Counted from the whole stretch's first letter, positions 24,644 to 38,950 are shown. The stretch: 63,366 nucleotides of DNA, filler included, from Octopus bimaculoides (GCF_001194135.2; 6 parts of 5 records of this genome joined end to end with filler, not necessarily neighbours in it), one strand, 5' to 3'. Numbers and translations are program-made. The notes: generated from the letters alone by a model not told the origin.

Positions 24644-24849
24644 GCGTGTAACTAAGCCAGAGCATGTGAACTTTGAAAGCTGTATAATTGGAACACCACA
24701 GAGAGTGCATGCGCGAGCGCGTATATGTTGTTATTGATCTGTCTCTCGCACAAAATGGAAAGATTTATATTAAAATCGGATTTGATATTTGCTCAGATTT
24801 TTGATAGTTCCATTTCTTAGACATCAATTGCAATGCTACTATGCATACA

Positions 24850-24951
<102 letters not shown>

Positions 24952-24974
24952 CATATGTGTGTGTGTGTGTGTGT

Positions 24975-25190
24975 GTAGGTGCAATGGCCCAGTGGTTCGG
25001 GCAGTAGACTCGTGGTCGTACGATCGCGGTTTCGATTCCCATATCGGGCGTTCTGAGTGTTTGTTGAGCGAAAACACTTAAAGGTCCGCGTGGCTCCGGC
25101 AGGGGATGGTGGCGAACCCTGCTGTACTTTCACCACAACTTTGTCACTTTGAATCTCCCCGAGAACTACGTTAAGGGAACATGTGTCATG
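24975..25190 (+). mobile_element. tRNA-derived SINE, family D (internally deleted)
   Basis: GCAATGGCCCAGTGGTTCGGGCAG...GGTTTCGATTCCCA; homologous to 60128-60491 and 61773-62023. Confidence 0.88.
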
Positions 25191-25271
25191 CTTCATTGTT
25201 TTTTTTTTATGTATGTCTATTTGTGATTTAACTTTTCCTTTTCTATCACTGCCTCTACTATCACTTTCTCC

Positions 25272-25310
<39 letters not shown>

Positions 25311-25386
25311 GCTCTTTCTTTTTATTATCATATGTGTATTCCCATCATGCAATCTCTCGTAATCTATGTTTCCATTTCGCTCACAG

Positions 25387-25509
25387 ATGAGGGCTTTACG
25401 TAGACTGAGTCAAATGGACATACCCAACAAATTGATCGGAGACAATGTTAGGCCAACAAGACCTCTAAACCGAAGGACGATTCGAACGAACATTAACCCA
25501 CATGATGAA
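25387..25509 (+). CDS. Candidate internal coding exon (123 nt, phase 0/0)
   Basis: Acceptor tgtttccatttcgctcacag| and donor GAA|gtgagt. Only frame 0 is open: MRALRRLSQMDIPNKLIGDNVRPTRPLNRRTIRTNINPHDE. Protein not recognised. Confidence 0.55.
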
Positions 25510-26338
25510 GTGAGTATGGCATTCTTGATCTTTCCGCATCAACCGTTCCCTTGTTCACATACATAAACCCAACACGATGCAGTCACATTGTGGTTCGCAA
25601 TATCTATTAGACATAACAGCAGCCACATCTCCCTCAAATCAAACTCTATGGTGTTAACAAAAGAAAACGTGGAACAAGGTGGTCTTGTGTTCTCTGCAAA
25701 TAAACGTCTACAACCTGGTCGTCTTTTTGCGCGAGAAATAGCAGTCGATGTATTAGCATAGAGCCTTCCCTTTCAAAATAGCTGGTCTTGCGCCAATATT
25801 TCAAACGCTTATTTAGTCCAAGATCATTGCTGAAAGAGCAAGTGCATGATCAAATGCACTCCGTCCGTGACAAACCCTTCTATATCTTACCCTATTATGA
25901 CCTGGTTGCTCATGTCTGTGAGAAATAGCAGTCAATACCTCTGTCAAGTTGCATCGTGTCATCCCAAAACAGACACGTTGGATAATAGGATCAATATAAT
26001 AATAGGTTCCGTGCACATAGGATACGGAAGGGATGATTGTCACGGATGGATTGCATTTGGTTATATACTTGCAGTTTCATCATTGATCCTGGGAAAAATA
26101 ATTGCTTGAAATTTTGGCACAAGGCTAGCAATTTTGAAAGGTAAGGAGCTATCCCATTACATCGACACCATTACTTGACTGGTACTTTATTTTATCGATC
26201 CTGGAAGAGGAAAAGCAAAATTAAATTCCATGGGAACTGAACTCGTAACCACCAAACATTTTTCCGACGCTCTAAAGATTCCACCAGCTCGCCGCTTTAT
26301 CAGTGGATAAAATAATAATAATGTTAATAATAATAATA

Positions 26339-26370
<32 letters not shown>

Positions 26371-26605
26371 AATGGTATGAGCACAAACCGCAGAGAATGG
26401 CGGAGTGAGAGACCAGTAAAATCGCTTGGAATTTCCCAATCATTTATTTTTAAACGTCCAAGGGTTTCATGCCTGGCATTTATCAATCTTTTCAAAAATC
26501 CTCCTCTCCTTCGGTGACCTTGTAATTTCTGTCGAATGGAAAAATAAATTATACATCTGCATACACTAAACACACATACACAAACAATAACACACACACA
26601 CACAT

Positions 26606-26636
<31 letters not shown>

Positions 26637-27369
26637 TAAGCATACACTGTCATATGTGTATATATATGTNNNNNNNNNNNNNNNNNNNNNNNNNNNNNNN
26701 NNNNNNNNNNNNNNNNNNNNNNNNNNNNNNNNNNNNNNNNNNNNNNNNNNNNNNNNNNNNNNNNNNNNNNNNNNNNNNNNNNNNNNNNNNNNNNNNNNNN
26801 NNNNNNNNNNNNNNNNNNNNNNNNNNNNNNNNNNNNNNNNNNNNNNNNNNNNNNNNNNNNNNNNNNNNNNNNNNNNNNNNNNNNNNNNNNNNNNNNNNNN
26901 NNNNNNNNNNNNNNNNNNNNNNNNNNNNNNNNNNNNNNNNNNNNNNNNNNNNNNNNNNNNNNNNNNNNNNNNNNNNNNNNNNNNNNNNNNNNNNNNNNNN
27001 NNNNNNNNNNNNNNNNNNNNNNNNNNNNNNNNNNNNNNNNNNNNNNNNNNNNNNNNNNNNNNNNNNNNNNNNNNNNNNNNNNNNNNNNNNNNNNNNNNNN
27101 NNNNNNNNNNNNNNNNNNNNNNNNNNNNNNNNNNNNNNNNNNNNNNNNNNNNNNNNNNNNNNNNNNNNNNNNNNNNNNNNNNNNNNNNNNNNNNNNNNNN
27201 NNNNNNNNNNNNNNNNNNNNNNNNNNNNNNNNNNNNNNNNNNNNNNNNNNNNNNNNNNNNNNNNNNNNNNNNNNNNNNNNNNNNNNNNNNNNNNNNNNNN
27301 NNNNNNNNNNNNNNNNNNNNNNNNNNNNNNNNNNNNNNNNNNNNNNNNNNNNNNNNNNNNNNNNNNNNN

Positions 27370-27416
<47 letters not shown>

Positions 27417-27684
27417 TATATATACAATGCATATAATATCTCAATATATATGCATATACATATATATATGTATGTATACACACACACACATACACACACG
27501 TGCGCTTTTATGTAACTGCGCCGTAGACAAACACACACGCAAAAACACGCACCATGATGTAACATACATGCATACAAACATGCATGCATGTACACATACA
27601 TACATACATACATGCATAAATATATGTATAAATATATACATATACACATACATACACATATATATTTATACATACATACATATG

Positions 27685-27716
<32 letters not shown>

Positions 27717-28728
27717 NNNNNNNNNNNNNNNNNNNNNNNNNNNNNNNNNNNNNNNNNNNNNNNNNNNNNNNNNNNNNNNNNNNNNNNNNNNNNNNNNNNN
27801 NNNNNNNNNNNNNNNNNNNNNNNNNNNNNNNNNNNNNNNNNNNNNNNNNNNNNNNNNNNNNNNNNNNNNNNNNNNNNNNNNNNNNNNNNNNNNNNNNNNN
27901 NNNNNNNNNNNNNNNNNNNNNNNNNNNNNNNNNNNNNNNNNNNNNNNNNNNNNNNNNNNNNNNNNNNNNNNNNNNNNNNNNNNNNNNNNNNNNNNNNNNN
28001 NNNNNNNNNNNNNNNNNNNNNNNNNNNNNNNNNNNNNNNNNNNNNNNNNNNNNNNNNNNNNNNNNNNNNNNNNNNNNNNNNNNNNNNNNNNNNNNNNNNN
28101 NNNNNNNNNNNNNNNNNNNNNNNNNNNNNNNNNNNNNNNNNNNNNNNNNNNNNNNNNNNNNNNNNNNNNNNNNNNNNNNNNNNNNNNNNNNNNNNNNNNN
28201 NNNNNNNNNNNNNNNNNNNNNNNNNNNNNNNNNNNNNNNNNNNNNNNNNNNNNNNNNNNNNNNNNNNNNNNNNNNNNNNNNNNNNNNNNNNNNNNNNNNN
28301 NNNNNNNNNNNNNNNNNNNNNNNNNNNNNNNNNNNNNNNNNNNNNNNNNNNNNNNNNNNNNNNNNNNNNNNNNNNNNNNNNNNNNNNNNNNNNNNNNNNN
28401 NNNNNNNNNNNNNNNNNNNNNNNNNNNNNNNNNNNNNNNNNNNNNNNNNNNNNNNNNNNNNNNNNNNNNNNNNNNNNNNNNNNNNNNNNNNNNNNNNNNN
28501 NNNNNNNNNNNNNNNNNNNNNNNNNNNNNNNNNNNNNNNNNNNNNNNNNNNNNNNNNNNNNNNNNNNNNNNNNNNNNNNNNNNNNNNNNNNNNNNNNNNN
28601 NNNNNNNNNNNNNNNNNNNNNNNNNNNNNNNNNNNNNNNNNNNNNNNNNNNNNNNNNNNNNNNNNTATATATATATATTCACAAAGTTAGACAAATAGGT
28701 AGATACAGAGACAGACAGACACACACAC

Positions 28729-28780
<52 letters not shown>

Positions 28781-28924
28781 GCATATGCTTGTTTGTATAT
28801 GAGTATATGTATACGAGTTTGTCTGCCATACGTTATGATGCGTGTGTGTTTGCTTTTCCTCATATGTTTATATGAGTTGTACGTATCGTCTGCTGTTTGA
28901 GTCGTCCTCCATCTTAGAATATTC

Positions 28925-29190
28925 ATGTTGTCGTTGCTGCTGCTGCTGTCATTGTTGTTGTTGCTGTTGTTGTTGTTGTCGTTTGACTTTCGTCTTTTAC
29001 TGTTATTGCCTGTTTCACTTCATCCACCAACGAGTTTATTTTTACTGCAAGCAATTCGTTTGGTTCATTCGTTTTTGTCGTGCCTCTTGTTGTTTTCCTT
29101 CCCGGTGTTCTTATCCTTGCCATCGTCCTCGTCTTCCTCGTCGTTCTCGTTGCTGTTACTGCTACTGCTGCTGCTGCTGATGCTGCTGTT
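28925..29190. repeat. Mixed (TGT)n/(TGC)n/(TCG)n trinucleotide region
   Basis: Directly visible. Confidence 0.9.
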
Positions 29191-29625
29191 GCTAGTGTCG
29201 GTGGTGGAGCCGTTAGTTCCCGCCAATATTACACACTCATACATTGTCATTCTACGAGGTAAACCCTCACACACAGACACACACACAAACACTTCCATAG
29301 CCACGCAAACACAGAAGCAGCACTAGCTCATTGATTCTGGGTCATTGAATACCCTTCGCTTATAAACACAGATTTCTTCAATTGTCTTTGACGTCTCACG
29401 CTGGAGAAAACATTTCTCTTTGTTTTCATTCGACCTGAACACACATACAACACAGAGAACAACTGAACGACGACTTAGTTGCTACTCGTGGCACAGTTTC
29501 AAATCTCACCTCGTCTTTCATGGCTTAGATCACGGCAGATTTAGTCTTTTACGCTCGGCTGATTTTACCTATGTGTGTGTGTAAGTGTAGGTGTATGAGC
29601 GTGTGTGTTGTGTGTGTGTGTATAC

Positions 29626-29696
<71 letters not shown>

Positions 29697-30559
29697 CACG
29701 CACATGATTGTATGTATATATATAATAATAGACAGATAGATAGACAGACAGATAGATAGATAGATAGATAGATAGGTGCGCTCAGACATTAAAACACAAC
29801 ATATATACGTTGATATAGATACATACGCACACACACACACACACACATATGTATATACACACATATATATATGCATACATATATATATACACACACATGT
29901 ATAGATTTACACAAACATATGTGTATATATATATATANNNNNNNNNNNNNNNNNNNNNNNNNNNNNNNNNNNNNNNNNNNNNNNNNNNNNNNNNNNNNNN
30001 NNNNNNNNNNNNNNNNNNNNNNNNNNNNNNNNNNNNNNNNNNNNNNNNNNNNNNNNNNNNNNNNNNNNNNNNNNNNNNNNNNNNTATATCCTGTCTGGGT
30101 TGAGCAAGACACAAGCAAACAGTATATCTATGGTAAGTTACGACGGAGCAGAGACTTCAGACTTAGTCGGATTATAAATCCTACATCGACTGTTTCGGAG
30201 ATTCTCTCGCATCGGCTTTTACAGCAACAACTTTCTCGCTTGACACAGTAACATGAACGGACATAAGTTAGACAAATGATCATAACACATATCAACATTG
30301 TTTAGTTTTGTTTTTTTTAGAATTTATTTAAAATTTACTATATAATTGTATATTAAACAGACATCAAAATAAAGATTTAATATTAGATATTAGAAGATAA
30401 AACAGGCAAATATTATTACCACAAAACTCCAACCACCCGCTCATGATCATGCAGTACATTATAGACATTACCAAACGTATCTGGTTTGTCTTCAAGTAGA
30501 TTAGAAGAAATTCGTACTATATTATATTTGAGACCCTGATAGATATGGTTTTGACAAGC

Positions 30560-30800
30560 TGGAAAATATAGATCAGTACATATTATAGCTACGTGCATAA
30601 GAGGTTCGCTTTGCAGCCAGTTGGTTACCGGTTTAGTCCTACTTCGTGGCGCCTTGGAGGAGTCTTCTACTATTTGTCTCAGGTCGACCAATGCTTTGTG
30701 AGTGAATTTGGTGGACAGTATGTGAAAATCCATCGTATATGTGCGTGTGTGCCTGTGTATGCGTGCGTATGTGTTCGCGTTTGTCCATCACTACTACCGC
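30560..30800 (+). mobile_element. SINE family A (decayed)
   Basis: Matches the family A head and middle (GTGGCGCCTTGG..GTCTTCTACTAT..GCTTTGTGAGTGAATTTGGT). Confidence 0.75.
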
Positions 30801-30939
30801 TTAACAACACACACACAAAGTCAAAGACTTACGTGGTGAATAGTTGTCATCATATGAAACTCTTAATGAGTTTTTTGCTGTAGCTGTTAATGGTTAATAA
30901 TTCCTCGCAATTTCCCTCGTCTTTGAGTGCTTCCATGTA

Positions 30940-31400
30940 TGCATGTGTATGTATCTATGTATGTATGTATGTATGAATGTATGTATGTATGTATGAATGT
31001 ATGTATGTATGAATGTATGTATGCATGCATGTATGTACTTATATATGTATGTATTTATGTATGCATATATTTATATATCTATGCATTTATGTGTGTTTGT
31101 ATGTATGCATGTACGCATGTATATATGTATGTATGTATGCATATATGCATATATGCGTTTATGCATGTATGTATGCATTTATATATGTATATATGTATAT
31201 ATATATGTATGTATTTATGTATGTATGTATGAATTTATGTATGCATTTATCTATGTATAGATATATATATGTTTGTATGTATGTTTGTATACATGTGTGT
31301 ATGTATTTATATATGTATGAATATGTGTGTTTGTACGTATGTACGTGCTTATGTATGTATGTATATATGTATGTATGTATGCATGCATGCAGATATGTAT
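30940..31400. repeat. Degenerate (TATG)n array
   Basis: Directly visible. Confidence 0.95.
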
Positions 31401-32535
31401 AGGTGTTATAGGCAGAATCTGTGCGTGTGTAGGTGTATGGGTGGGCGTCTATGTCCCTTCTTTTATTTGATTTTCATCATTGAAGTCTCCTTTATTTCCC
31501 TCTTTTTAATTTCATTGTTACACCATTATTAACTTTACTTCAACCATTCAAATATTGAATGACAGAAATGCAATTAAAGGGGCGGGTTTTTTTCCTCTCA
31601 GAAAAACTGTAATATTGCGTCAAGTGTAGTTTCTTTCCACACGGTTTTCTCGGGTACATGTAACTGTGGACACTCGACATCTCTGAGGTCGTTATTGCTG
31701 CAGGTATTGGCATTGATTTTGCTCCGTTATAGAAGGAAAGACAAAAGCACCCATGAACTTTCTGACAGGGTTTCCGTGATTGGAGGTGGGGACGGAGAAA
31801 AAGAAGCAACCACATTTAGTTAGTTGCGGTTGTAGGAAACAGCGCAGTGGGGTATCGAAGATTTCTAAACCCCTGTGTCTGCAAGAACGTAAATTCCTCC
31901 AAGGATACCCGAGGGTTAAATAAAGGCAGATTTCAGGTCAGCGCTGTTCGATGAAATCTATGATCAAAGACGTTCCAAACGTGACTGACCTGCTTTTCTT
32001 TTCAGAATAATGTATCTATGGCAACACAAGTCAATGAATCCTTCCATTTTTTCTAAGATTCTAGCTATTTAATGGACCTTTAGATGGTATTTCTAGCAGA
32101 ATGGAACGAAACGTTATGAGAACTTTCCAGGAGGATTTCCTAACTCTTTGTAGCTTTAGTCAGTGGAAAAATAAATCATTATCATTTTACCATTATGAAT
32201 GTCAGAATGAGACTAGCAGGATAAAAGAATGCCTTGAAGTAATTAGTTACATAACTTTAACAATCTCAGGTCAAATCTCACCGGATTTTACGTCTTCTTC
32301 TGTTCCTCCGGGGTTAATAACTTAAATACAGTTCAGTGTTTGAATCGATTTAAATGATTACACATCATACCAAAGAGGTATGCCCTTGCAGCAATGTGAA
32401 GAATCGTTCTTAAATGGAATTTCAAAATCGCTTGTGTATAGGATTAAACACGTCAGGACAGTCTTGTACACTTGTGATGAAAAGTATTTAAGCAATGACC
32501 ACATTTCTTTTGTATTTTTTGTTATCTTTCTCCAG

Positions 32536-32579
32536 GTGTGGATTATCTAGAACTTCATCTTATGATCTTTTTCTAAGCT
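32536..32579 (+). CDS. Candidate short exon (44 nt)
   Basis: Very strong acceptor ttcttttgtattttttgttatctttctccag| and donor CT|gtgaga. The phase-2 frame CGLSRTSSYDLFLS is open. Confidence 0.3.
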
Positions 32580-33488
32580 GTGAGACGTTATTTAAGGGAT
32601 AATTGCTGCCGTTTCTAACAGATTAAGCACCAGCTGATAGGTTTAGATTTCTTCGTTAGTACCAGGTATCTGATTGTGTTGCTGTACAGTTGTATGATAT
32701 CGCTACGTTAGTTGACTGTATTTGGTTATATCGTTGGTTATTTTCGTTGGATCAAGGTATCTGCTTATGTTACTTTAAAGAATAAATATTTTGGCTGAAT
32801 ATATATTCCAAACGCTTCAAGGTATTTCGTTACTGTTCAGTTCTACTGTTGTTTCTCACATAAATTCGTCCTTTTGCTTGCAACTGGTCACTTCAACGCC
32901 ATATGCCTGAAAAAGAAGTAAAATTTATTCAAATTTCAAAAACGATAAACAAAAATTGTAGAGAAAGAACAGCTAAAATAAAATATAAAATTCTACGATA
33001 AAAATATTTTTCATGTTGATTCATATAACATTGGAAAGGATTAAAATAAGATGGAAAAGACCCAACGAATTTATCTGCCAACTTAATATTTTTTCGCTAC
33101 GTCGCTTGAACGTATCTGGTTATATCATTAGTTATTTTTCTTGGTTCAACACATCTGCTAATATTACTGTATAAAATGTATATTCTAGATGGATACATAT
33201 TCCAGTTAACTTCTTCTTCTTCAAGATATCTGATTAAGTTGCTCTACATTTCTATAGTTTCGCTAATTCATAATATCTGGTTATGCTTCTGAACAGCTTT
33301 TGGGTCACAACAAGTGATTACGTCACTGCTGTTTAGTTGTATATTTTCACTGGTTCAGTGTGCCTCGTTATGTCTTTGGTTACTTTCTCAGATTCAAGAC
33401 ATCTGCTGGTAAAGCATGCGCAATTCAGGCAGTATAGAAAATATAAAACAGCCATTTTCGACGGGAAGAGTCCGTCGTTATTATATGA

Positions 33489-33702
33489 AGTCAGCGAGCT
33501 GGCAGAACCGTTCGTACGTCGAGGTACATACAGAGCAGCATTTTGTCCGCCTCCGTATGTTCTGAGTTCAAATTCCGCCGAGGTCGACTTTACCTTTCAT
33601 CCTTTGGGGGTCAATAAAATAAGTACCAATTGAACACTGGGATGAATGTAATCGACTTTCCCCTCCCCTCAAAAGTGCTAACATAGTACCAAAATATGAA
33701 AC

Positions 33703-33780
<78 letters not shown>

Positions 33781-34270
33781 AGCAATGAACTGGCAGAAAC
33801 GTGAGCACGCCGGGCGAAATACTTAGCGGTATTTCGTCTACCGCTATGTTCTGAGTTCAAATTCTGCTGAGGTCCAATTTGCCTTGTTTTTTTTTTCCTT
33901 TCGGGGTACCAGTTACGCATTGGGGTCGATGTAATCGACAATCCCCCTTCCAAGGCCTTCTGTCAAAATTCGAAATAATAATCATCATGGTCTTTATCAT
34001 ATTCACCAAAATAATCTCCATCATCATTACGCATTATCATCACCCACATTATCGTCACGTTCAGCATTATTTGTATCTTTTGCCAACACAAGAAACTATT
34101 ATTATGGATTAGCTGAATCGTTAAAGTGTCAGACAAAGTTCCATCTTTGTATTTTCTCCGCTGTACGTTCTGAGTTCAAATCCCGCCGAGATCGACTATG
34201 CCTTTCAACAATTCAGCTTTTATAGAATGAAGTGCCAGTGAAATAATTGTGACCAATTCAATCGATCTAC
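33489..34270 (+). mobile_element. Three tandem SINE family B copies, with a (TTA)n tract between the first two
   Basis: Heads at about 33489, 33780 and 34105 with B-box-like GTTCTGAGTTCAAATTC; (TTA)n at 33706-33779. Confidence 0.88.
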
Positions 34271-34339
34271 CCCAATTCTTCGATTTTTCTCTCACCCTCC
34301 CTGTCTTTTTATCTTTTGCTTGTTTTAGACTTTGGACTG

Positions 34340-34538
34340 CGGCCATGTTGAGGCATCACCTTCAAGGGCTTAAAGCAAAGTGACACCAGTACTTATGTTT
34401 TTAACTTAGGTCTGGTTCTTTTTCTATCGGTCGTTTTTTGCCGAACCGTTAATTCAGAAGGACGTAAACAAACAAACACCGGTTGGCAGGCGTTAGTTGG
34501 AGACAGGCCCAAGCACAAAGACACAGACATACAAACAC

Positions 34539-34574
<36 letters not shown>

Positions 34575-34860
34575 CATACACATGCATACACATGCATACA
34601 TACATACGTACATACATAAATACATACATACATACATACATACATACATACATACATACATACATACGACGGACTTTAACGATTCAGCTAATCCATAATA
34701 ACTTAGCGGTTCGGCAAAAGAGACCGATAGAATAGGTACTAGGCTTACAAAGAATAAGTCCTGGGGTCGATTTGTTCGACTAAAAAAGGCGGAGCTCCAG
34801 CACGGCCGCAGTGAAGTGACTGAAACAAATAGAAGATGAAAAGAATAAAAGAATGTCAGA
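34340..34860. mobile_element. Two SINE family A 3' halves in opposite orientation around a TA/CATA tract
   Basis: 34340-34520 (minus) and 34690-34855 (plus) share CGATAGAA..GTACT and GCATGGCCGCAG motifs. Confidence 0.85.
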
Positions 34861-35079
34861 ACCAAGTAATTATGTTGTTGTCATTTCCATCCTTTTGTAT
34901 AAATTGAATTCGGCTGCCACCAGTTTTTCACGTTTTAAGCCTTTTTTCTGATATCAACAGATTTTCTGATGTTTTATTACTTTCTCCCACAGAGACAATA
35001 TACCACGTGTAAATCTTTCTTTCTTTCCTTCTCCTTTTTCTTTCATTGCTACCTCCACACATTCTGCTGCCTGTTCTAG

Positions 35080-35119
35080 TTAGGAGAATGTACAATTAAA
35101 AGAGAAATGTTTTATCAAG
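35080..35119 (+). CDS. Candidate short exon (36 or 40 nt, tandem acceptors)
   Basis: Long pyrimidine tract, ttctag|ttag| acceptors and donor AAG|gtaaga. Open frames are LGECTIKREMFYQ or ENVQLKEKCFIK. Confidence 0.3.
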
Positions 35120-35219
35120 GTAAGAAATAAAGAAATCTTTCATATGCCAGTCTATTTCGTTTTGAAAAAATATAGAATTCACCCTGAGTAGTTGATTTTT
35201 AATCATTATTGACATTATG

Positions 35220-35267
35220 TTTATTATTATTATTATTATTATTTGTCATGATTATTTTTATTACAAA

Positions 35268-35359
<92 letters not shown>

Positions 35360-35428
35360 GGTGGCGAGCTGGCAGAAACGTTAGCACGTCGGCCGAAATG
35401 CTTAGCGGTATTTCGTCCGTCTTTACGT
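35220..35428 (+). mobile_element. (TTA)n array followed by a SINE family B head running into a gap
   Basis: AAGGTGGCGAGCTGGCAGAAACGTTAGCACG at about 35358. Confidence 0.9.
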
Positions 35429-36369
35429 NNNNNNNNNNNNNNNNNNNNNNNNNNNNNNNNNNNNNNNNNNNNNNNNNNNNNNNNNNNNNNNNNNNNNNNN
35501 NNNNNNNNNNNNNNNNNNNNNNNNNNNNNNNNNNNNNNNNNNNNNNNNNNNNNNNNNNNNNNNNNNNNNNNNNNNNNNNNNNNNNNNNNNNNNNNNNNNN
35601 NNNNNNNNNNNNNNNNNNNNNNNNNNNNNNNNNNNNNNNNNNNNNNNNNNNNNNNNNNNNNNNNNNNNNNNNNNNNNNNNNNNNNNNNNNNNNNNNNNNN
35701 NNNNNNNNNNNNNNNNNNNNNNNNNNNNNNNNNNNNNNNNNNNNNNNNNNNNNNNNNNNNNNNNNNNNNNNNNNNNNNNNNNNNNNNNNNNNNNNNNNNN
35801 NNNNNNNNNNNNNNNNNNNNNNNNNNNNNNNNNNNNNNNNNNNNNGGGAGGGAGGGAAGCATGGCTGAATAGCTAAGAAGCTCACTTAACAAGAATCGGA
35901 TCCTAGATTCGATTCTGCTGCACGGCACACATCTCTCAAAATCTCGATTCGTCACAAACAATGAAAATGAAATGAGATTCAGAACGAATTAGGGAGCTGA
36001 TGGAAGTGAAATGATTGAACCACAAAGGAATTTTAATTTAAATAATAAAGAGACTCGGCCAGTAGTGTGAATTTGAAAAACGCGCTCATCCATTTTCGAG
36101 GCTGCAGTGTACGATATGCTTTTGCCTTGACAGCTATTTCTCGCAGGTTGAATTAACTCTTGACGGCTCCTTCCTCGGCTTGACGACTCTAACTGCATAT
36201 TCAAATGTGTGGTGACTTAGGTTAATGTAGAATGCCAAATAGTGAGGGGTTTGTATGTATATAAACATGGTCCGGCAATTATCGTAAATGTATGTATGTA
36301 TGTATATTCCCGTGCGTGTGTGTGTGTGTGCATGTATACATATATAGGTGTCTGCGTGTATACACATAC

Positions 36370-36400
<31 letters not shown>

Positions 36401-36899
36401 CATNNNNNNNNNNNNNNNNNNNNNNNNNNNNNNNNNNNNNNNNNNNNNNNNNNNNNNNNNNNNNNNNNNNNNNNNNNNNNNNNNNNNNNNNNNNNNNNNN
36501 NNNNNNNNNNNNNNNNNNNNNNNNNNNNNNNNNNNNNNNNNNNNNNNNNNNNNNNNNNNNNNNNNNNNNNNNNNNNNNNNNNNNNNNNNNNNNNNNNNNN
36601 NNNNNNNNNNNNNNNNNNNNNNNNNNNNNNNNNNNNNNNNNNNNNNNNNNNNNNNNNNNNNNNNNNNNNNNNNNNNNNNNNNNNNNNNNNNNNNNNNNNN
36701 NNNNNNNNNNNNNNNNNNNNNNNNNNNNNNNNNNNNNNNNNNNNNNNNNNNNNNNNNNNNNNNNNNNNNNNNNNNNNNNNNNNNNNNNNNNNNNNNNNNN
36801 NNNNNNNNNNNNNNNNNNNNNNNNNNNNNNNNNNNNNNNNNNNNNNNNNNNNNNNNNNNNNNNNNNNNNNNNNNNNNNNNNNNNNNNTAATGTATATAC

Positions 36900-36938
<39 letters not shown>

Positions 36939-37218
36939 TTTATGTATGTGTGTGTATACATACATGCACACATACACAGTCGCTGTCACACAAAATCATT
37001 CACATACACACATAAACATGTGTGCATGTGTGTGTTGTGTGTGTGTCGTGTATGTGGGTATTTGTGTGTTTGTGTCTGTTCGTGTTTGTGTGTGCGCGTG
37101 CGTGTGTGTTAATTTACGCATATATCCTTCACCCTGATATCAGCACGAACCAACATAAGCAGAACAAAACAGCCATCACTTTGCGAATGAATTAAAGGGC
37201 TTCAGTTTCTTTCTCCAG

Positions 37219-37285
37219 CGGCGATAAAACCTTACAACACACCATAAGCTCACGCATGTCCTTCACAACGTGCAATCGAAGCAAA
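37219..37285 (+). CDS. Candidate short exon (67 nt, phase 2/0)
   Basis: Acceptor ttcagtttctttctccag| and donor AAA|gtaaga. Only one frame is open: GDKTLQHTISSRMSFTTCNRSK. Confidence 0.4.
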
Positions 37286-37889
37286 GTAAGATTGATTGGA
37301 TCGTAATCCTCTATCATTGCAAATCTTCTTACCACGTGATCAAAATACTAATCCCTAAGGACAACATTTGCCCGTTAATCAAAGGCAACCACATAGAATG
37401 CTTTAACTCAGTATTAATAGCCTGGTCAAACAATATTGATGACTTAGTGAGGGAGTTTGGATGTGGTCTAACGTTTGTTAGAAATAGCAACCGAATCGCC
37501 TACTGTATAAATTAAATAAGGATTAATTATGTAATAAAGTTCTCGGACGAGATGGTTTGACCCAGGGCTAAACAAAAGCAATAAGAGAATGAATTGTGGC
37601 ACAAGTCAACGAGGAAACCCGTAGCTAGTCGTCCAGCCTGCGAGAGATAACAGTCAAAACCTATCTGGCATCACGGCATTCTTACGGATCATATGCATAT
37701 GTGTGACTCTGTATGCGAATTTAAATGTGTGTGTGTGTGTTTGTGTGTTTGCGTGTGTGTTTGTGTGTGTGTATGTGTGTGTGTGTGTATACTTATATTT
37801 ATAATTTTTGTTTCATGAATAGAAAGCGTGAGAGAGAGAGATAAAGAGACAGACAGACAGACAGACAGACAGACTGATAGATAGATAGC

Positions 37890-37950
<61 letters not shown>

Positions 37951-38284
37951 CCGTTTAAAAGATAATGAAACCATACACAAAATTCCCCCTGATACTAAAA
38001 AGCAAGTATACACAACTCCTGGCAGCGTCCAGCCTCTCCGCATTTATCTGCGTTTAATTATGCCATTTATTTTTCCTAATTACTAATTATTCACCAGAAC
38101 ACGGGCTATGGCCGTGACCTTTCTACTTCCCTCCCATGTAGTGACGTCATATCGCTAAATTCATTTATCAGCCATTATCGTCTCCATATTTATTTTCGAA
38201 TATTTCTCTCCATTTATTTTCTCACTATTTTCCATACAACGACCAGTAAAACTTTCACGACTATCGCCAACGCTCTTTCTAATT

Positions 38285-38950
38285 TTGACACAAGGCCAGA
38301 AATTATGAGAGGGGTGGGGCCAGATCGATGGCCTCGAAATGGTACTTAGTTTATCAACCCCGAAAGGATGAAATATACAGTTGACCTAGATGGAATTTCA
38401 ACTTCAAGCGTAAAGAGCCGGAAGAAATGCAAACAGGCATTTTGTCCGACGCGTTAATGATTTTTTGCAGCTTGCCACCTTATCTAATAATGCTAATAAT
38501 AATCCTTTCAACAATAGGAAACGGGCCAGTAATTTCAGGGAAGTGGGTAAGTCGATTACATTGACCCCTAATTCTCACCTGATGTGTGTGTAGTGTGTGT
38601 GTGTCTGTCTGTCTGTCTGTGTGTATGTGTGTTTTGTCAACTCCAAAAGGCTTAAAGGAAAAGTTGACATCGACGGATTTCAAACTCAGAAAGAAAAATG
38701 TCAAAATAATGCTGGTTGTCATTTTGTTCGACGCTTTTGCACTTCTACCATTTTGCTGCCTTATAAAACTTTAAAATCCGGGAAGAACACCAGCAGTTTT
38801 AGGCTTGGAGGGGGGTAGTTCATACTATTGATCTTAGTTTATTATTGTTGTTCTATCGATTCCAAAAGTAAAGTTGACCTTGGCGAGATTTGAACTCAGA
38901 ACGTAAGGAGACTGAACGGACTGTATCTTAATGACTCTCCCATCTCCACT
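38285..38950 (-). mobile_element. Cluster of decayed SINE family B copies
   Basis: Repeated GAAAGGATGAAA..GTTGACC..GGAATTT / GAACTCAGAACGTAA motifs. Confidence 0.7.
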
